A DNA stretch of 64,000 nucleotides from Nitrosopumilaceae archaeon (lineage in GTDB: Archaea > Thermoproteota > Nitrososphaeria > Nitrososphaerales > Nitrosopumilaceae), in assembly GCA_965207375.1 (NCBI GenBank), contig OZ242274.1, positions 640,001-704,000 on the forward strand, in the 5' to 3' direction. Every line of letters starts with the position of its first letter. The stretch's first letter is position 1. Below are positions 58,291-64,000 of the stretch, piece after piece. The notes under the pieces are model-generated. The model saw nothing but the letters and a program-made list of their open reading frames with translations, had not been told where the DNA came from and searched no databases. Made by a program: the position numbers and the translations under genes.

Positions 58291-58944
58291 ATGATGACTC
58301 AAGAATTGCTTCCAAACTCGACTAGTGTATTTTTGGGACAATATTTCTATAGGCAGAAAACCCGAGATAGAACAATTGATGATATCGAAATACCAATAAA
58401 CAAAATCATCTCTTCAATAATTGAATCTACACCAAAAGAGTGTGTCATTAAAGAATCGGACATAAAGAAATTCATGGAAAATTGCAAGAATATTACATCT
58501 ATATTGTATAACAAATATGGTTTTCAAAAAACAACAGAATTAGATTTAGAAATATATGAAATGTGTTTGTCAAAAATTGATCAATCTGGTTTATCAAATA
58601 AAAACAAAGATATGTTACATTATTTATTGAATTCATTAAGAGATTACACATTAAACATTGCTAATATTTCTACTAGGGAAAAGGAATTAGAGTATGCATA
58701 TAAACAAATTGATTATGTGGATTTTCAGACATCGCTTTATGGGGGTCTGCTTGCATTTGTTTGTATAATGGTGGCAATATTAGGATCGCCTGTAATTCAA
58801 ATACCACCAGATGTTTTGACACTTTTGATAAATGAGGGTTTTCGTTTTGCATCTGACATTGATTCCTATATTGATACCCTTGATATATTGACAAACCCTC
58901 AGGAATTAGATCTTTTGAAAAAATCAGAATCTGCTATAAAGTGA
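58291..58944 (+). CDS. Hypothetical protein, probable large antitoxin
   Basis: C-terminal DTLDILTNPQELDLLKKSE resembles Phd/YefM toxin-binding tails; 4 nt upstream of a RelE-like gene. Confidence 0.55.
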   Translation: MMTQELLPNSTSVFLGQYFYRQKTRDRTIDDIEIPINKIISSIIESTPKECVIKESDIKKFMENCKNITSILYNKYGFQKTTELDLEIYEMCLSKIDQSGLSNKNKDMLHYLLNSLRDYTLNIANISTREKELEYAYKQIDYVDFQTSLYGGLLAFVCIMVAILGSPVIQIPPDVLTLLINEGFRFASDIDSYIDTLDILTNPQELDLLKKSESAIK

Positions 58945-58948
58945 TACG

Positions 58949-59239
58949 TTGCAAAATACAGAAACCTTTGAGCTTATTTCCACTATGCAGTATACAAAGT
59001 GCAGAAAAAAATTAAATGATTATCACATGTCTGATTTAGATAATGTTTTAGACGAGCTCAAGAAAAGACCGTATCCACCATTAGTAAAGTCTCTAAAAGG
59101 AAAACTCAAAGGAAAATATGTTACTAGGTTCGCAGAACAATCACACAGACTAGTAATTACCATTAATTGGAGTTCTCGATCAATAGTTTTGCTCTATTTG
59201 GCTTCAAGATCTCGTGTTTATACTGGAAAAATGTGGTAA
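58949..59239 (+). CDS. RelE/ParE-family toxin
   Basis: LKKRPY..VKSLKGKLKGKYVTRF..HRLVITI..SRSRVY. Confidence 0.8.
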   Translation: MQNTETFELISTMQYTKCRKKLNDYHMSDLDNVLDELKKRPYPPLVKSLKGKLKGKYVTRFAEQSHRLVITINWSSRSIVLLYLASRSRVYTGKMW

Positions 59240-59292
59240 TACGACTCTAGGTGCCTACTGGTAAATGACTAGATTCGGCATAACGAGTTTAC

Positions 59293-59344
59293 GTAAGACG
59301 TGCCTAGAATTGAATATGCAGATACAGTGAATCTAGCCTCTTAC
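59293..59344. repeat. 52-bp GTAAGA..TCTTAC mini-element; partial copy at 46941-46986
   Basis: CGTGCCTAGAATT..GTGAAyCTAGCCTCTTAC shared between the two loci. Confidence 0.7.
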
Positions 59345-59512
59345 GTGCAACTGCCGTCTGTTTCTGTCACATCTTTGATCTGATTGAAACAGAGATTTCA
59401 ACAACCATGAATGCGTGCCAAATTATGAATTCTCAGATTAATGCTTACAAAAGAAGCATGCCGTGATTCATTATCACTTTTTATATAACCAAAGACCATA
59501 AGGAGTATAGAG

Positions 59513-60937
59513 ATGAATAAACCTATACTTTTGTCAATATCTTTATTGATGGCCATGATAATGGTTTCAGGAGTAACATATGCCCAAACTACCGGAGAAA
59601 TTAACGACAGTGTCATGATAGACATTGAACCAAAAGATAAGACAGTAGGGCCAATAGGTGTGACCGATGAGCTAACAAAGAAAATTAAAGAATTGGAGAA
59701 TAATTACAACAAAATAAAAGAAAATTTTGAGCAGCCCTTAAAATCAGATGATAAAATAAGGCAGTTAAAATCTGATTATATACAAAAGACTAGAGAGCTA
59801 AATGAACTGTTACATGTAGCGCCTACAAGAGATTTTCTTGCAGAATGGAATGCACTTGATTTGCAAATAATGACTCTTGAAGAAAAGCAGGAATACGAGT
59901 ACTCAGAATACAGGCAACAGAGCATAAATGAGCTGTATAAACAACTAGAATTACTAGATCAACAGAGCATAAATTCGATGAAATTAGATCCTGCTGTAGA
60001 AAAAAAATTGCTCAATATAGAACAAAAACTGTACAATAAATATTCAAACTATACCTCAAATACATACGTTGGAGAAAGCTCAGTAGAATTTCCTTACATT
60101 GATTACGAACAACAAAGAATAGTTCTCCTAATTGATGAAAATAATACTCTTACAGAATCTGACATGAATTCAATCTCAATTGCACATGATGTGATGAAGA
60201 CATACGGTACAAGTGACATATCAGTGGAATTTACAAGCATTGTAGAGCTCTCATGTTCTAAAGTTACTGATGACTGTGATCCTCTAATTGGCGGAATTGC
60301 ACTTGCAAGAGATGATTCAAAAAACTCACTTGCTGGCACTGTTGGATTTAGAGCAAAAGATAGCAATGATAATGTGGGATTTGTAACTGCAGGACACGTG
60401 GTTCAATTCAAAGATTCGACTAACACACAGATGCGACAACCTGTAGGAGGTTCTGTAGTAGGTACAATTCCGAGTAATGGTGATGATGTCTGTTATACGG
60501 GTGGAGGAGTAGACAAAAATGAAAGAACTAGTAATAATAAATCATGTGACTTTGCATTTGTAACGATGAAAAGTAATGTATCAATTTCTGATGACATATA
60601 CAAGTCATCTAAAAGTACATATGACATCAATGATATGGCAGTAAAATCTGATCAAATACCTGGTAAATTACTAAAGTGGGTTGGTGCAACAAGTGGAGTA
60701 AATACTGCAAAGATAAAGTCCTATAACACACATTTGGACACAGTAACTCTTGTGACTAATTCTGTAGCTATTCAGGGTGATAGCGGTGGACCTGTTTTTG
60801 AATCTACTACAGGAGCTAGAAATACATTTAGTGCTAAAGTGTTTGGAATTATAACTAGCAGTAGCACGACCGACGAAATTTATTATCAGCCCACACATAA
60901 AATAATGGATGAGTTGAATCTCAAATCGTATAATTGA
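59513..60937 (+). CDS. Secreted trypsin-like (S1/PA clan) serine protease with coiled-coil prodomain
   Basis: Signal peptide; catalytic triad motifs VTAGHV, CDFAF, GDSGGPV. Confidence 0.85.
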   Translation: MNKPILLSISLLMAMIMVSGVTYAQTTGEINDSVMIDIEPKDKTVGPIGVTDELTKKIKELENNYNKIKENFEQPLKSDDKIRQLKSDYIQKTRELNELLHVAPTRDFLAEWNALDLQIMTLEEKQEYEYSEYRQQSINELYKQLELLDQQSINSMKLDPAVEKKLLNIEQKLYNKYSNYTSNTYVGESSVEFPYIDYEQQRIVLLIDENNTLTESDMNSISIAHDVMKTYGTSDISVEFTSIVELSCSKVTDDCDPLIGGIALARDDSKNSLAGTVGFRAKDSNDNVGFVTAGHVVQFKDSTNTQMRQPVGGSVVGTIPSNGDDVCYTGGGVDKNERTSNNKSCDFAFVTMKSNVSISDDIYKSSKSTYDINDMAVKSDQIPGKLLKWVGATSGVNTAKIKSYNTHLDTVTLVTNSVAIQGDSGGPVFESTTGARNTFSAKVFGIITSSSTTDEIYYQPTHKIMDELNLKSYN

Positions 60938-62178
60938 TTCTTTTTTTGATTATATTTGCAGCATTGTTTATCCCATTAGCGTATGCAGATGAACAATGGG
61001 ATACCGTTTCTATTTTTGATCAGAGCAATAGTACACAATATCTTTTTCACTATTCTGTTAAAAATTCCACCTTTGTATTTATTCAACCATATGACTCAGT
61101 ACCTTTTCCACTCCCTTCTTTCACATTTGATACATCTAAAAATATGGACGGATATCTAAAATTTAAAATACCAAAAAATTACCCTTTTTACTCTACTATG
61201 GAACCATTTACAGTTTCTGTCTCAGACTATCAAGAAAATAGTTATAGTCTGGCTCATCTTGTTGAGAACGACTTTTCAAATGACTGTTTTTATGAAATAG
61301 ATCTATTTGTAGGCAATCTAACAATAGTTGAATTTACTAGTTTTCTTCCACTAGTACCATATTGGACATTTGAATCACAAAATGTGCCAGCTGAGTGTCT
61401 TTTGCAAACAATTGCAGGATATGTGCCATTTTCTGATGATGACTGGAAAATCTATGAATCAAGTGTGAATTTAAGTGACTCATCACAGAGTTTCAATATT
61501 CCGTATCAACTACATGGTGGCACAATTGATACGATTCAAATTGATCAAAAAGCAACGTCTTTTCTCATGGTTTTAAAAAACAACACTGGAAACGAACTCA
61601 AAATCGTCATACCTCGTAATCTATTTGATACTAAATCCTCAATTGAAATGGATCGACCGTTTTTTGTCCTAGTCGATGGTCTAAAAACACACTATATTGA
61701 GACTAAAAATCAGTGTTATAGGAATCTGTCAATTCCAATAAATACAGATTCCAAACTAGTAGAAATAATTGATAACAATAATGCAGAAAATCCAAAAAAA
61801 TCAATCCCCACTCTTTACGTAGAGACTGACAAGGATCACTATTCAGATGGTCAAACAATAGTGGTAAAAGGATGTGTGTCTTTGAGCTCTGAGGCAGGTG
61901 ATGTCTCTATTGACATTTTAGATTCTTATGGTAAAGTTTATCACAATTTTTTGGCGTACCCAAATGAGAATGGAACATTTTCAGCTTCATTTGTAATTAA
62001 TGATACATCAGTTGATGCCCAATATACTGTCAGGGCAGAATATGAAGGACATGTTACTGTGAATACTTTTACTGTACCTGAATTTCCAACTGCATATTTG
62101 GTTTTGTTCGTTGCTGTGATCTCAATTATATTGTTTACCAAAAAAGGAGGCCATGTCCTACATAAATCAAATATTTGA
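60934..62178 (+). CDS. Cell-surface protein with PEF(G)-CTERM sorting signal
   Basis: Signal peptide; IPRNLFD..FFVLVDG repeat domain; C-terminal VPEFP + TM helix + KK. Confidence 0.82.
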   Translation: MILFLIIFAALFIPLAYADEQWDTVSIFDQSNSTQYLFHYSVKNSTFVFIQPYDSVPFPLPSFTFDTSKNMDGYLKFKIPKNYPFYSTMEPFTVSVSDYQENSYSLAHLVENDFSNDCFYEIDLFVGNLTIVEFTSFLPLVPYWTFESQNVPAECLLQTIAGYVPFSDDDWKIYESSVNLSDSSQSFNIPYQLHGGTIDTIQIDQKATSFLMVLKNNTGNELKIVIPRNLFDTKSSIEMDRPFFVLVDGLKTHYIETKNQCYRNLSIPINTDSKLVEIIDNNNAENPKKSIPTLYVETDKDHYSDGQTIVVKGCVSLSSEAGDVSIDILDSYGKVYHNFLAYPNENGTFSASFVINDTSVDAQYTVRAEYEGHVTVNTFTVPEFPTAYLVLFVAVISIILFTKKGGHVLHKSNI

Positions 62179-62345
62179 AATCTAGTAAGCATGGATCTAA
62201 GTCTATCTCAGTATTATCATTTTATTTTCTTTCATTTTTTCAATTATTTGCGTCAGGGGTTTGTGAAGCAGTTCTGCTGCTCGTAGGGAGCTGATCTTTT
62301 CTTTTTTTAGCAAAGACAGTATGTGATTTTCCATATACGTTGTTT

Positions 62346-62425
62346 GTACTTGTTCACCTTATACCTAATTTTTCAATCCTTACATCACCATCTGGACACA
62401 AATTAACTCTTCCGTGAACAAGTAC
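62346..62425. mobile_element. 80-bp MITE with intact TSD
   Basis: Perfect 12-bp TIR GTACTTGTTCAC; 8-bp TSD CGTTGTTT at 62338-62345 and 62426-62433. Confidence 0.92.
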
Positions 62426-62465
62426 CGTTGTTTTATTTTGCCATAATTATTGATTATGAATTTTG

Positions 62466-62542
62466 AGAGGTGATTCGTAATTAGAACACCACGTCTAACA
62501 AGAGCAAAAATCCGTGCCCAGATCTAATTACGAATCATGGCT
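62466..62542. mobile_element. Second copy of the IS5-derived MITE
   Basis: AGAGGTGATTCGTAATTAG..CTAATTACGAATCATGGCT; interior similar to 46992-47068; TSD not preserved. Confidence 0.88.
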
Positions 62543-62574
62543 AGGCACGTAACCAAGAATTTTTCATATAGTAG

Positions 62575-63138
62575 TTAATGCTGAAGAATCTTCCAGGCCG
62601 TAATGCTAGAGCCTATTTGATCCTGTGTACCGTGTGTGCGAGTCTGATAACCTAGTTTCTGTAAAAAGGGCGGATAAATGGGACTTGTATGATCTTCATT
62701 TTGGTTATTGTCAAAAACGGTGTCATCTTTTGGAAACAGACCATATGGCGTTCCTAAAACAACTAGCTTTTTGCAAAGCTTTTCAAGTTTTTCTAGCGTT
62801 TTGGCAATATCTTCTCTTGGTAAAAGATCAATGCCGTGCCAAAAAAAGATGACATCAAATTTTTCTAGATTGAATTTTTCAACCTCGCGTATGTCTCCGT
62901 GAATTATGGTATAGATGTCGGTATTAGAAAATTTTGCCTTTAGAAATGTCACATTCTCTGAAAATATTTCCAAGATTGTAATGTTTGAAAATTTCTTATT
63001 CTCAAAAATATCAACAAAGTGCTGGCGTCTTTTATTTGCCCCAACATAAAGAACGCTTTTAAAATTTGATGAAAAAAGCTGGGGAATCCATTGGTTTACT
63101 AGTCTTTCACGCTCAATCTGAAGGTTGTTTTTATCCAT
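62575..63138 (-). CDS. Class I SAM-dependent methyltransferase-like protein
   Basis: SVLYVGA, ILEI, HGDIR, FDVIFF, LGTPYG; start inferred at MDKNN. Confidence 0.7.
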   Translation of the reverse strand: MDKNNLQIERERLVNQWIPQLFSSNFKSVLYVGANKRRQHFVDIFENKKFSNITILEIFSENVTFLKAKFSNTDIYTIIHGDIREVEKFNLEKFDVIFFWHGIDLLPREDIAKTLEKLEKLCKKLVVLGTPYGLFPKDDTVFDNNQNEDHTSPIYPPFLQKLGYQTRTHGTQDQIGSSITAWKILQH

Positions 63139-63173
63139 GATAATGATTGATTTGAGGCATCTAAAAACATATC

Positions 63174-63941
63174 CTAATTGGTGATGAGGTTTTTTTGGAT
63201 CATGATACACATCTCTTTTCCGGTACAAAACCTTACATCGTGAGAATCTAACAGTTTCATAATTTCAGAATACATACGGCCGCCCCTCATTTGCAGGACA
63301 TTATCATGCCATATGAGGGAAATAATTTTATCATTTCTTTGCAATACGGTATCAAAAAAGCTAAGAATATTATCTTCGTTGATGCCCATGCATGCAAAAA
63401 GAAATACATCTGCTACTGTCACCGGAAATTGAATTATCTCTTTTTGATAAAATCCAAAGTCATCATCTACTAGCTCGGTTTTGGAAAATTTCAAAGATGA
63501 ATCGTATTTGAATCCTACCTCTGCCAATTTAGATGGCAGTGCATCATTATAGTTTAGATAGTGAACTCTATTGCCTATTATCTTGTTTTTAGTAATGCTA
63601 GATAGTTGTTCGTATTCGTGTTTTATGTGGTCTGTTTGATAAATTGATTGGGGGTCTAAATGCAGTCCTATCTCCCACCCTGACTGTTCAAGCTCGTTTA
63701 TCTGGTTTTTATATTCTAAAAAATCACCATTCTCGTATTTTGTTCTGAAAAAAAACGTTGAACGACAGTCATATTTTTCCTCTATGGACATGATTTCATT
63801 AAAATTGTTATAAGGATTAATAGAGTCCAAATTGTCTAGAACTGATTTATCAAAACGTTCTTTTCTGTCTAATATGTGCTGTTTGGGAGGACCTGAAAAT
63901 CTCCAATCAACATCGTGGCTGAGAAAAACAAATTTTTCCAT
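63174..63941 (-). CDS. Polysaccharide deacetylase-family protein
   Basis: LSHDVD, STFFF, EIGLH, GNRVHYL, YDSSL, LIWHD. Confidence 0.85.
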   Translation of the reverse strand: MEKFVFLSHDVDWRFSGPPKQHILDRKERFDKSVLDNLDSINPYNNFNEIMSIEEKYDCRSTFFFRTKYENGDFLEYKNQINELEQSGWEIGLHLDPQSIYQTDHIKHEYEQLSSITKNKIIGNRVHYLNYNDALPSKLAEVGFKYDSSLKFSKTELVDDDFGFYQKEIIQFPVTVADVFLFACMGINEDNILSFFDTVLQRNDKIISLIWHDNVLQMRGGRMYSEIMKLLDSHDVRFCTGKEMCIMIQKNLITN

Positions 63942-64000
63942 AACAAAAAAATTCAGATTACTAGTTTAAGGATTTCCATCAAATCATAGACAGATAGTAG

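Noticed and set aside
46315-59344. Integron-like cassette array (small TA genes separated by short palindromes)
   Set aside because: The palindromes have transposon-type TIRs and TSDs rather than attC RYYYAAC..GTTRRRY ends, and no tyrosine recombinase is in the window.
62200-62460. Remnant resembling a UPF0175-type antitoxin (KISSLRAAELLHKPL) interrupted by the MITE
   Set aside because: Needs a frameshift and rests on one short motif, too weak to call.

Overview
Archaeal chromosome segment, most likely from an ammonia-oxidising Nitrososphaerota (Nitrosopumilaceae-like). This is inferred from gene content: AglB, aIF2-alpha/Nop10, a cobalamin cluster, bacterial-type MetK, Lsm, Lhr, RPA, GrpE-DnaK-DnaJ, GatDE, Cdc48, uL2, Pelota, Tes and a PEF(G)-CTERM protein. 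RNA genes are tRNA-Gln(UUG), tRNA-Leu(CAG), SRP RNA and a box C/D guide RNA whose D guide fits C34 of tRNA-Leu(CAA). The core backbone is interrupted by several accessory blocks. (1) 7.7-12.1 kb: a MORC/GHKL ATPase fused to an AbiEi-like domain, a broken AbiEii-like toxin gene and a divergent PurD paralog. (2) 19.4-24.3 kb: an XRE-IrrE + DUF4411 PIN pair between IS6 remnants, plus glycosyltransferase genes and pseudogenes. (3) 32.5-34.0 kb, after tRNA-Leu: a DUF3800 gene with a convergent, promoter-bearing structured RNA candidate. (4) 46.3-54.9 kb: toxin-antitoxin modules, duplications, an IS66 with a nested IS5, and an IS6 with a SWIM finger. (5) 58-62.6 kb: a RelE module, a secreted protease and a PEF-CTERM protein. 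At least four small MITE-like families are visible, two with intact target-site duplications. No CRISPR array or integrase was found. The best candidates for an undescribed system are the MORC-AbiEi/AbiEii module and the DUF3800 + antisense RNA unit. All family calls come from motif recognition by eye; no database searches were run.
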